NCBI GenBank assembly: GCA_010015805.1
Contig: ML978124.1
Coordinates: forward strand, 372,001 to 436,000
Reading direction: 5' to 3'
Origin: Rhizodiscina lignyota
Lineage: Eukaryota
Length of the DNA stretch: 64,000 nucleotides
The position numbers and the translations under genes are program-made. Below are positions 1 through 11,832 of this stretch, in pieces. The stretch's first letter is position 1, and each line of letters opens with the position of its first letter. The notes beneath the pieces are model-generated. The model had not been told where the DNA came from. It ran no database searches and saw nothing but the letters and a program-made list of their open reading frames with translations.

Positions 1-2100
1 GGATCGTCATCTTTCCGCTCCCGCATTTGACACTTTGCCCGTGATTTTCGCGGCGCACGCATTGCCCGTGCATCGTACTTTGCCTGCTCCTGGGCTCCAT
101 CATCTATTGGTGTCACCTCGTCTATTACTTCTCGCTTTCCCAACTGGCATTTTGCCGTTCTCCCAATCTCATGCAGCGTGGGTGCACGCTTGTCTTCTGC
201 ATTGATTGTGGTGCCTTTCGCAGTGGATATCTGGAATGCTACAGCGGCCACAGTGCCTGGCACACAGGGTACGGCGCCAATTTTACGCCTGGAAATGAGC
301 GTTAGTCAAAGGCGCACACTCGCAAATGGTCTTCGAAATTGTTATACTGACGAGATCAAAGTGCATCCCTGCCGTGATTCAAAACTGAGGGCAAGAGCCT
401 CGCCGCCTTCATCTACCCAAACTATAACAGTGTCTTCGTATGTCAGCTCTCCATCGTCATCACTATTACAATTAACGTGAATATCGTTACCTTGCTCTTT
501 GAAGTATTTGCTCGAACAGTTTATCTTTGAAATAAGGATGAGTCTGCCGGTTTCATCCTCTGACTCCACTTCGAGCCACAAATCTTTCTGTGATGTGATT
601 TTAGAGCCGACTAACAGTATCAGAGGATTGAGTATCATTGTCATACGATAGTGTCCGAAGTAAGGCGCGGAAATCGAAATTCGACAGTTTATGTCCGAAA
701 TATACACCTACTGCAACGTATCGCAGGCTGGCAAATCCAATTGCACAGTCAATCCAGTTGTCCGCAATTAGCTTGTAGTGCATACAGCGCATTCCTCTTT
801 TGGCTTTTGAGACACGAAGCCGTCGGAATTGTCTTGCATCTGGCGTAGCATCATCTGATTCCCTCTTTCTCTTCAATGACTTTGGTAGCTGTTCCAGTGT
901 TGAAAGGGCACTTTTGACTCGTGCATCTTGAAAGGTAGGTAGTAGTGGAGGCGCCATCCCAGCAAGATCATCGTCGGCAGTAGAGAAGTGAGTTCCGCAT
1001 CGAGAACTACAGAGCTGTTAGTGGGATGGGCCTATACTTTCCCATAAGAATATACAGTCAACATGATTTGGGACATACCAGGTGACACCAACTTGGGAAT
1101 CACCTCCAGACTCAAAATTACAACTTGGACAGCACTCAAGAGATGCTGAACTAATTGAGCTTGACTTCCTAGTAATAACCATGCTCATTGACACCCGTTG
1201 CCCAGGAAAGAAGCAGGAATCCCATGACCGGGAGAGGTTAATGTCTTCGTGAGTTCCATTATCTGTGATAACGAATTCGCCTCTTTCAATCATTCTTTGG
1301 CCGCACCCAGAAGGTTTAAAATTGACTTTCAATATTGCCACAAGGGCCTCGGCAGAGCGCACAAACTCAAGATGGAAAGGGCTATCCTTTCCAAAAGCGT
1401 CAAGCAAATAGACAGGCTGTTGATGCTGAGTTTGGCCGGGAATCTGGCATATGATGCGTTGTATATCGTGAACAGTCTTGAAAACGAGGAAGTTCATTCG
1501 GATAGCAGCTGCACTCAGCGTGAGAAGGCGCTTGCCTAAGTCGACGGTTTCTGTGACCGTGGTGTTAATGGCGGCGAGCTTTGCCATCCATTGAATAGAG
1601 AGCTCCTGAATTTTCGCCGCCAAAGTCTTATGGTGCTGTTCCTGTTTCCTGGCCTGAAGCGATCACGCATCGAATTGTATGCTCAACAACAATACCTCGA
1701 TTGAGCTGGTATGGCCTTGCAACTGTGCTCTAAAAGCTTCGACGTCATCCTTCTTGCACAGTGCCCATTTGATTCGATACCATGCATCTCTCATATTATT
1801 GGATCCGCCACGATGCCCAAGATGGGGTTGGTATTTCCGTATCTTCTTCAGGAACTCGTCGATGGTTGTTTGGCACTGCGCCGCAGCCTGACGCAATGCG
1901 ACCTTCTCCACATTCTGAGATCCATCGAACTCTAAGCGCTTTACCCGCAATAAAGCACTCTCAAGTTGATGAAGCTCGTTTACGAGGTCACGGTAGGTCT
2001 TGCCGGAGGAGGATGACTCGCGGAGAGCGTCGATAACCGTACCAACAAGTTTGAGCGCGGCGAGAAAATCGCCAGTGGAGAAACCGAAGCCTACCGACAT
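1..2100 (-). CDS. Multidomain protein: fungal N-terminal HeLo/SesA-like helical domain, ubiquitin-like domain, C4 zinc motif and Psy2/PP4R3-like EVH1 domain. One in-frame TGA at 1663-1665 (possible recent pseudogene); 3' end outside window
   Basis: ORF 2100-1663 (MSVGFGFSTGDF...) and ORF 1623-1018 are in the same frame across GCG-TGA-TCG. Introns 1078-1007 (GTATGT..CTAAC..TAG), about 711-588 (boundary uncertain), 490-434 (GTAACG..GCTGAC..AAG) and 351-289 (GTCAGT..ACTAAC..CAG) join all pieces in frame: CPSC..CSRC, FRRLRV, then WIDCAIGF..EVESEDETGRLILISKI..KEQDTVIVW..LALSFESRQGC. Frame stays open to base 1 (about 590 codons). Confidence 0.7.
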
Positions 2101-2318
2101 CGATCGAGGAGATTTCCGAATGTCAACGTCTTTTCATAGTTGGAATATCAAAAGTCCGCAATAAGAGACTTGTAGTTGGTAATTCGTGAGCGCCGTTATA
2201 GCAGGAGATATCGAAGAACTGCTACGTTTAAGGGGAATGAAAGAGGAAGAGTTGCGGAACCGCCACGGTCTCGTTCTAAGATGTAGACGACACACAATTG
2301 GATGTCGCTCGCCGACAC

Positions 2319-2479
2319 GCTTGCACGAGGCTGAATTTCTTGCACTACATAAGACTGAGACATGGGAAAGGGGTGTGCATGCTAGGGTCGGCCTTTAGTA
2401 GATTCCACATATTGAGCAACAGCCAACTCGAAAGCGTGCATGTACGAGGCTGCTTGCACAAGGCTGAATTTCTTGCACT
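2319..2479. repeat. 28-bp direct repeat, 2 copies, 1 mismatch
   Basis: GCTTGCACGAGGCTGAATTTCTTGCACT at 2319-2346 and GCTTGCACAAGGCTGAATTTCTTGCACT at 2452-2479. Confidence 0.9.
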
Positions 2480-2842
2480 CCTGAATCTCGCAGGTCACTC
2501 CGTGAATTACTAAGCCATTGTTGAGTGATATGAATATAATATTCTAGATTCGATCAGTGATACATCCAGCCATCAATCAGAATTCATAGTCGATGATTCA
2601 TTCGGTTCACCACACCGTAAGAGTTCCATCCCTCCGTGAGCGATCATACCAAATAGCCAAACTCAATATCGAGATCTAACAATACATGGTATATCGCAAG
2701 AGCTAGTCGTCAAATGCAAGAGGATTTGTTGTCAAACATTGTGACCAAAGCAGCAAAAAGTCGCAATGATAGATCATCAAGTTGCAAACGTAGATAGCGG
2801 AAACATTCAAGCCAGAACCACGGTAGAGTCGTCATGTGGCAT

Positions 2843-4698
2843 TTAAGCCTTCTCGGGGTCGTTGATGCCTCCTGCGGTGATGATATATGTCGCTTCTTTC
2901 TCGGCAACATCGGGAGAATCTACCAGACTTGTGAGAAATGGACCAAAGACCGCAGCCAACAATGGGAACCAGAAGCAGCCTCGAAGACGACGAAGAGAAG
3001 AAAGCACAGACAGCAGATAATGATCGGTGAACGTACCAACAATCTTTGCGACTCTTTCATCCTGACGACCCTTACGAAGTAATATGCGAGTTTGGGATGC
3101 GTGCGCAACGACATGGCCTCCGATAGCTTTTCGGCCATCAACTCCGGCAAAGAGCGCGTTGGCTCCGGGGTCAGATTGGACTTGATTGGTCTGCGAGTAG
3201 GTTAGTTGAAGTGATCGTGAACTATGTCTTGAATACGAGCGTCACATACGCAGAATATTGCGATGTTGAAGGCTATCATCAGTCAGCAAGCCGATCCAAT
3301 TCTCGAGGGTGACTCCAGATTAGCTTACTGTCTGCAATGTTGATCAACTTGCTCATAAACTGCCCAATCTTGGACTGTCGGTCCTGAAGCTCGCCTCTGC
3401 CAGTGTAGTCGACGCGATAGTGGGCCATCAGACTGTCAACGACAATAAGTCTGTACTCACCACTGACAAGCTGCTGCGAAAGAGTGTAAAGTAGCTCATT
3501 TTGGTGCTGCGAAACTGTTAGAACAGACTAAGTCTCCGCTCTCTTGTAACTGACTTCGCTATTGAAAGCTCGGGCGTAAAGGATATTCTCCTGAGCCGCT
3601 TCAGGATCAACTATCGCTTGTCAGTATGGTTTCAAAGCGGACTGCATATAGCTTCGAACCTCCGAAGCGCTTCGAGATCTCTTCAATTCTGTGCAAGTTA
3701 TCAGCCATACAGAAATGATCGCTGTCATCCTGACTATACCTCTCTGGACGGAAGGTGCCTTCAGTGTCTGGAGAGTACAGTCAGTAATTGAATGAATCCT
3801 CAGCAAGTTAACCGCATACCGATGTATGCGGCTTTGCCATCAGCACCGCCCATCGACTTGGGCAACTACAACATTGTCAGTGTTCGATCGTCGTTACCAC
3901 TTGCTGAAAGAAGTAAGATACCTGAGCCATCACGCAAAGAGTCTGGGCCATCTGGGTCTTGCCGCATCCTGTCACCGGCGTCAGCATTTCCATAGCACAA
4001 AAGCGGGTGGAAGACGTCGTACTGAACTCTCCGTAGACCTCAGTGATGCTCAGGCTTCGAATGCCACTGTCAAAGCACGTCAGCAACTACCAGGTCTTGA
4101 CATGCGCACAAAATGTGGCTCACCCGCCGAGTGCAGCATCTAGCTGCTTGCTCCCAGTCGAGATAATATGTAGCTTCTTTCGCTGATGCTTGAGTTCCGC
4201 AGCAGTAATGAAGCCTCCGATCGGTCCAGGCTAAGTCAGATGTCCACGTCAATGAGATCCAACGTCGAAAGATATCGAGCTTACCAGACACTTGGCCACA
4301 GCCTCCTTGACCTTGTCGACTTTGATCTCGCTGAAGCCTTTCACAGCGCTCAACTTCTTGCGCGTCGCTTGGTGGACATCCTGAGCCAGTATCTATCAGC
4401 CACATGCTTGATGGCTAAACGACGCGTCTGGGACGCGTCTGAGGACGAGCAGACTCACCGAAATGCAATAGAATCCATGGGCCTTGAGCTTCGCGATATC
4501 AGTGGCACCAATACCTGTGACGCGTTAGAGACTTGGTCTGGTACGACTTGAGGAGCACGACCAACCGTGGCTTTGGAGCTCATCGAGATCCACGATGAGG
4601 GTGGCGTGCTCCTGTAATGTGCTTCAGCCAACAATGGGAAAATACTCAAGGCCAATGGTACTCACGTCAGAAGCATCGCTGATGACGGAAGAAGGCAT
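2843..4698 (-). CDS. DMC1: Meiotic recombinase Dmc1 (15 exons)
   Basis: Manual splicing of 14 GT-AG introns gives MPSS...[12 protein letters not shown]...[14 protein letters not shown]...STGSKQLD...[14 protein letters not shown] (Dmc1-type Walker A with C)...[12 protein letters not shown]...LIVVDS (Walker B)...[10 protein letters not shown]...[10 protein letters not shown]...[19 protein letters not shown]...DSPD...GGINDPEKA*. Confidence 0.95.
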
Positions 4699-4710
4699 TT
4701 TGACGCGTCA
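4422..4710. promoter_or_regulatory. Cluster of four MCB-like ACGCGT boxes at the 5' end of DMC1
   Basis: ACGCGT at 4422, 4433 (intron 3), 4520 (intron 2) and 4703 (within palindrome TGACGCGTCA 4701-4710, just upstream of the ATG). Confidence 0.5.
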
Positions 4711-5672
4711 ATGGGTGATGCAGTAGTCGCACAGGCTGCTCAAGTGTGTAAATGAATCAGACAACGAGAGAAGACGGGAATAAGGCGAAGAAGGACTTCA
4801 AACTACACACGATATACCAGACGTGTGATTCTCCTGAGGTGTGGCGAGATTCGCATTGTGCGCCAAGCCTCGCGGGTGCCTGACGCTCCTTCCTGTTCTA
4901 ATGGGTGAGTGGCAGCCGACTTGCCTAGCTGAACCTGGGTGGGCTGATCGAACTGGAGCGCAAGTGATACTACGAGAGAAGAGTGAAGTAAACTTGTTCT
5001 TCGCATGCGGTTACAGGACTATGATCGGGTGGTCTATACTGGTCGAGGTGAACGCGAACCAGTCGGGATGAAAGTGAACTTGAGAGTTGCCGCACCAACT
5101 TTGCCATATGCATAAAAACGACTAGAAACTACCAACGGATGCAATCCCAGCAGATGCCTATTCCTTCCAGGACTGACCCCGACAAACTGAGCCATCGACT
5201 ACTTCCTCCTCTCTTCCTACTTCCCGTTTCTTGGCTCTTCAGTCCATTGCCTTTCCTACCAGCCTCTCTGCCTTCCTCAGTCCTCAAGATGTTGCTCGTC
5301 ATTGTGCGGCCCTTGCAACAAGAAACGTTGCAGTGGCGCATCCATGAAGACGTCCAATCGCTCGGTGATGAGGTGTCGTGGGGGTTGAAAACATGGGTAT
5401 CGGAATCTCGTGAATGAACTTGCTTTTTTGATGTATACGCAAGTGGATCGTGTGCAGCGTGAATGGTGTGTTGTCGGTGCCAGTGACGAGGAAAAGAATC
5501 GGGCAGCCGAGGGTGGATGGAAAAACGAAGACTTCAGGGGGGTGTAAATCGTCAAACGTCTAGCGAGTGTAAGGGATGGAACAATCGTGCACAAAGGGGA
5601 GAACCAGGTGCGATAAAATCAGAGGTATCCGTAACGCCTAGAACGGCATGCGAGTCGAGAACGAAGCTGCGC

Positions 5673-6456
5673 TTATGCAACAGCGGGAGCGGCCGCAACC
5701 GGAGCGGCAGCGGGGGCAACATTTGTAGCGGCGGCGTCGCCGTTGACCTCAGCAGTCTGAGTGCAATCCTTCGAGATGTGTCCAACCTCGCCGCAGCGGT
5801 AGCAGGTCTTGCCAGCAGTGTTGTTGAGTGTTCCACCGTTGGGAGCCGTGCAGTCCCTGGAGATGTGGCCGAGTTTACCACAGGCGTAGCACTTCATGGC
5901 CTGAGCCTGGCAGTCGCGCGCGAAGTGGTTCGGGCCTCCGCACTTATAGCAAGAGGTGGCTCGCGGGCCAGAGAATCCACCACGGAATCCACCATAGCCG
6001 CCTCGAGGACCACCAGCACCACGACCAGCACCGGGACCGGGAGCAGCACCGGGAGCACCAGCAACACCTTGGTTAGGGCATTGCCTCTGGATCAAGTTAA
6101 TATGGATATGCAGAAAACTGCTCGATGACTTACAGCAAGGTGTCCGACTTGACCACAGCTGTAGCAGCGACCACTGGTGGCTCCGCTGAGCCTCAAGGTA
6201 GGGCAGTCCGCTTGAACGTGTCCCAAGCCTTGACAGTGGTAGCACTGCTTCGTCTCGGTCGTACGAGGATGAGGGCAGCTGTTCGATTCGTGTCCAGGCT
6301 GCTTGCAATTGTAGCAGAGTCTTTCCGAAGACGAGCACACCTCTGCCGTGCTTTGTTACTAAGATCTTCCTCATGTTTGTTTGTCGCGTTCAACATACCC
6401 GCATAATGGCCCACATTGCCACACTTGTAGCAAGCACGGCGCGAAAGAGAAGACAT
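5673..6456 (-). CDS. GIS2: CCHC zinc-knuckle RNA-binding protein (Gis2/CNBP/Byr3 family)
   Basis: MSSLSRRACYKCGNVGHYA start; two coding introns; seven C-x2-C-x4-H-x4-C knuckles and an RGG-rich linker. Confidence 0.95.
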
Positions 6457-7314
6457 CTTGCTAGTTCTCCTTTCCTGTTCTGCGTGGTCGAGGTCAGATA
6501 ACGTGGCGAGTTGGAGCGATGCGACTCGATGGAATGAGGGCGTGCGCAGGCGATGAATGGGCCGGAAAAAGTCAGGATCGTACCTCTGAACCAAGTCCTT
6601 CGATTCCTTCACCTGAATTCAGCGTGTCAGTGAACGTGTATCGCAAGCGCGCAAGGCGCCGAAAAGCCAGGTTGAATACGGCGCGATGGGGCGGAGGAGG
6701 CGGGCAGCGGGCGACCTACTCTGCAGAGACCACTTTCACAGTCCTTCGCCTCAGCAACTCTTCCTTCAGACCGTCCCGCCCGTGCGACACCGAAAGTAAA
6801 CGATAAAAGCGCGAAGGGAGTGATGGGAAGGTGGAATGAAAGTGGGAGAAGAAGTGCTGCGGGCCGCGATGCAAATTCTCGGACAGGCGTCCGTGCACGC
6901 ACGTTTGCCGAGCACTGGTTAGTCCAAATACGGGACGCACCATCAGCTGCAGCGCGCCAGCATGCACACCACGCAGCCTTCTCCTGTAAGAGCTGCGCCC
7001 ATGGCCAACGACCGACGCAACGTCGACCAGGGCCCCGCGCCGCCTGCTCATTGGCCTGCCCTGAAATGTGATACCTCACACGCTTTGCACGAGGTGTGTA
7101 ACTGCGCGCGTCTTACTGGAAGTGCTCGAGAGATGGGCACGCTAGGTTGTTTCAGCGCTCGCAATTAGCTGAACAGAGCTGTACATCGTCGAAACGGGCC
7201 AGTTTCACTCTACGAACGTCTGTCGTCTACCTGGTATCCATGCGCCGAAAAGGGACAAAACTTTTCTTTTTGCTGGTCCAAACCTGCACGCTAACATGCC
7301 CATGTCTATGTTCT

Positions 7315-8924
7315 TCACTCCTCCTTTTCGAGGACAGCTGGCGCCTTGATCGTCTTGCCCTTCATGAAGTCGAGTCCCTCACCACCCTGGCAACAGTAAG
7401 CGAGTGTTGATCGGATCAGGAAATGACGAAAGAGAGACGGAAACTCACGTAGCTGAGCAGCGGAGACACTTCCACACCGTCATCGGCGTTCTCGCTCTCC
7501 ACCACTCCTCCCGCTCCCTCGACCCACCTGGTGCCTTGCTTCATGATATCCCTCTTGCTCGTGTCTTGATCGTCCTGTCCAGTGCCCTTGGCGTTCTTCA
7601 GCGGTGAGAACTCGTCTTCCCTCTTCACCTCCATGCATGCAAACTTCTCCATTGGCAGGAACGGGAAGCAGTCGAAGACGAACTGCTCCAGTTTGACGCC
7701 ATTGGGCTTCTCTGGCTTGACGCTCTCACCGTTCTCCATGTTGACGCATGGGATCTTCTTCTTGGCCACGTGATGTGGCAACTTGTTCGCCCACTGCGGG
7801 ATGCTCTCCAAGAAGCTGCAGGAGTAGTAGTGGTTGACGATGTTTGCCGCTCGGAATTTCAAGATTTCCGGGTTATGCGGATCCTTTGCTTCGGCCGTCG
7901 CAGCGTCAATCTCAGAGTACTCAACAACGTCTGGCTTGCCATTCTTTTCGACGATCAAACCGACTGACTCCTTTGCGTCGCGCTTTCGGACAACCTTGGT
8001 CGCGATATTGACGTTCTTTGATGCAGCAAAGCCAATGAATGTGGGGTCGGCGACCTTGACGAGGCAGTTGTCGACACAATATGCGTGGATATGCTTGATA
8101 CCGCGCCTAGACATGTCTCCAACAACACCAGATGTAATCAGAGCCTGATAGAGGCCACCGTTACCGTCTGGTGCTACCGCGACCTTCGATTTGCTCTCCA
8201 TGAGGATCTTTCCGTCATTCGAGATGCAAGGAAGAACACCCTGCTCGAAGATCATGACGTTGTCTTTGTTGAGTCCAAAGTAATTGTTCTTCTTGAAGAA
8301 CTCCTCTGTTGGCCCTCTGGTCGGTCCGCTGGTCATGACATACCACGGCACCACGACGCTGTCCTTGCCTTGCTTCTTCGCTCCCAACTGTTGTGCCTTC
8401 CAAATCCTCTCCGCCTGCATCTGAAATAAGCTCTTCCGACTTGGCAGTCCAATATCGTAGCATCCTTTGGGTGCTGAACTACCCAACCTTGTACCTTGTC
8501 CTCCAGCCATGAGCACCACACCGACTTTGTTCTCCCCGATGAGGTCGAGACCAGACTCGTACCATTTCTCCAAGTCCGATCGCGCCGAGTCGAGGACAGA
8601 TGAGGTGGCAGATTCTGGGAGAGGCTCAAGCTTCGCCTCCTCTTTGCCTTCCGTCTTTGGAGGGTTGAGGGCTTTGTCGGCGAGCTCGTTGATGCGGTCA
8701 GGGTCGAAGTTCGAGAGCTGGGCGAAAAGAGCCGCTTTTTCGGAGGCACTCAAAGTATCGTAGAATGCAAAGACGTGATCTTGCCCAGCTTTTTCATATT
8801 TGCTGCGGAGCTCTTTGACTTCGTCTGCACTAGGCTCGTTTGCTGGCGTAGCGGAGCTCTCCTTGCCTGTGAGATGGAGCTTCTCAGCGAGGCTGTGGAC
8901 GACTTCTTTGACTGCTGCTGCCAT
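7315..8924 (-). CDS. UAP1: UDP-N-acetylglucosamine pyrophosphorylase
   Basis: [39 protein letters not shown] motifs. A GTGAGT intron after SPLLSY joins the last exon [23 protein letters not shown]. Confidence 0.97.
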
Positions 8925-9548
8925 GGTGAAAAATCTTGTGCAATGCTCTTGGTGACCGTGAAACGAAGGACCGGTCGAGGTGAGACGGTGAGCTTAAATG
9001 CAAACAAAATCAGGGGTGAAACAACGGAAAGTTGAAGGATCGCACGTTGTTTGGGAAATCTTTGCCATGGGTCCATCCATCTCAGCTCCAGCTCGTTTCT
9101 CGGGGCAGCAAGACGTCACCCCGCCTCTATTTTAAGGACCCCCCGCGCCCGCACCCCAGGGGCTACGAAGTACCCCCCGTACAGTGCTTTGACGACGAGT
9201 CAATTGGCAGCTTCGTTAAGCGTGCAATGCTTTTTGGAAAACAACAACCTCAAGCAGAAAGAGCTTGATTGTCATCCAAAATATGCTCTCTAATGAGAGT
9301 TAAGGGGGCCATGGCGGCACGTCCCAGTGGGCAGTTACCAGGTTACTTAGGTATTTTCAAGCGTCCAAAGGACAGGGAGGGCACGACCAATGCGACCTGC
9401 ATGCAAATAGGTATTCAGCTAAAGATTCTTCTTCATCTCCAACATCGACCAACGCCTGCATCGAGCATGGCATTCATTAATCTCAAATCCACTTGATCGG
9501 AGCTTTCTGTGTCAAAGAACACTTCCCTTAATCATATCCGCACTGATA

Positions 9549-11651
9549 ATGGAGCTCTGTTCGAGATGTAATAGCATCACCCTTGAGAAATTAACTGCGC
9601 CTTTACCAGATCCGGCACCTTCTGTACCATCTCATCGGAGGCAGTCTTTAAAGGGTTACAATGGCTTCCCTGATATGCGCCGGGGGAGCATGTTGTTGTT
9701 TGAGGACTACGGAAAATTCATTATCTCTAAAGAAACATGTCCGCTATGTCAACTTATTTTTCAGGAGCTTCGAAGCCTCCACGGGCTCAATTATACTTCA
9801 ACGCGTAACAGGCCCATATACATTACTCCAAAGAAGGACGAGCTTGGTCGTACTTTCCCCTACCTAACGGGGTCTGGCCACTTTATCACTGGTCTTGTTG
9901 TCGCCTTCTGGGGACAACACAGACCGCGCTGTCGAGAAGTCAGCGTGAGGCTGTTCGCAGAGAGAAGTGCGGTAATTCCACGCCTTTGCAAACCTAGCTG
10001 ACTTCTCGGAAGGCCACCCTGCGGCGCAGAGCGGTGACATTATCGGTCGCAGATTCCTCCCCAGCTCTGGCTGCGACGAAGCTGGGCAACTCATACGAAG
10101 CTGGCTAAATGCATGCAAGAGGGAACACCGTAAATGCACTGAAACGTTATCCAGGCACATCATGGATGACACCCAAGAGCCGACATTGCCAAAACGTGTC
10201 ATCAAGATCTCGCCCCTTGAAGAGCCTCTTAGGCTTCGGCTGATGATCTCTCACGGCAAGACTGGTCGATATGCTACACTGAGCCATTGTTGGGGACCTC
10301 CGGAAATGTCTCCACTGACAACAACTAGCCATAATTTCGAAGCGCACTTAAAGGCCATCGACTGGGCCAAACTACCGAAAACATTCCAAGATACCGTCCA
10401 CGTAACAAGGCAACTTGGGCTGACATATCTTTGGATAGACTCGATATGTTCGTTTCATTCACCCTGATACCGGTTTTTACACTTACCACTTCACCAGGTA
10501 TCATTCAGGACGATACTGAAGATTGGCTAACTGAATCCGCCAAAATGGGCACCGTTTATGAGCGCTCGGAAGTCACGATTGCTGCGTCTCACTCCGTCCA
10601 TTCGTGGCAAGGATTGTTCTTGAATCGATCGTCCCAGTCACCGCCCATACCTCTACCTAACTTCGACCCGCGAAGCAAAGATCTCTGTATTTACGCAGAA
10701 GCTTTCCTAAAGGACTACGCAGCCATCCAACCGGAGAGTGGGCCTCTTGCTAAGAGAGCTTGGGCGACACAAGAGTGGCTTCTTGCGCGAAGAATGATAT
10801 TTTATTGCAGAGACCGCATTCTCTGGTCCTGCCAGACCATCACGCAAGAGGAGACGGGAGAGAAGCGGTACAACACTGCGCGCAACCCGAAGTGGAAGAT
10901 TATCACGGAGCATTATTCTGAACGGCAATTAACGAAGGCAACCGATCGGCTCGTTGCGCTGAATGGCCTCGTCTCTGAGCTGTCAAAACGACTAAATGAC
11001 AGCTACATTTTGGGCCTGTGGAAGAATGCGTTGCCGGATCAGCTACTGTGGCAAGTGTCCCAGCAGGTCAAGGAGCCTTCGAACCCCCTCCAATTGCCGT
11101 CTTGGACCTGGGCGTCTGTGCCTGTTGGGATACGATACATGATCATCAAAAACGCCAAGAACCACTGCCGCCAGATAGACACGAGTGTTTCTGGATCGAT
11201 CACGATTACTGCGCGGTTGAAAAGGATATACGACCTGCGGGACGGAGGAGACCACCGTCTCAATGGGTTGTACCCTGGCATCTGTGGAGCGGTAGGTGGC
11301 GATGTTTACGCTTCCAACGCCAAAAATACTCCCCGGATGTTTTCTTATGTTGTCGACAGAGATAACGCAGAGTGTGGGTGGGCTGTGCTTGATCATTCGA
11401 TATCAAGTGACGCTAGCCTACCACCGCTATATGCCCTTGCCCTCATGGGATCACTTACGCGCAAAGCCAGCGAGCAGGACTACACCGTACCTTCTGGAGC
11501 TCAGTCGTCATCTAAAATCCAGGAATATTGGATCCTTCTTCTCGAGGCGCAAGATCTGGCTACTCACACCTTCACTCGCGTCGGCGTCGGTAAAGTGTAC
11601 GGCCAGGAATACTGGAAGGATTCGGCAGTTCAACGTGTAACACTGGTCTGA
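9549..11651 (+). CDS. HET-domain (heterokaryon incompatibility) protein
   Basis: Introns 9967-10012 and 10448-10497 join three ORFs in frame. Motifs YATLSHCWG, LPKTFQD, YLWIDSICIIQD, MGTVYERS..TIAA, RAWATQEW, PSWTWAS. Confidence 0.93.
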
Positions 11652-11832
11652 ACTGCTTGCGCCATGTTCGTCCACAAGGCGGAGGTGGGTCAGCAAGGCG
11701 TTCATAACGAGCAGAATTTTTTTTTTCGCTATGCAGAACTGGAAGCCGGCGTGTCAGATTCTCGGCGACATTATTACAAATTTAGCAGCAAACCATGCTG
11801 TCCGCGAGACCGGCAACAGAATCTCCTCACGT

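Noticed and set aside
5517..6128. 203-aa plus-strand ORF
   Set aside because: Antisense shadow of GIS2.
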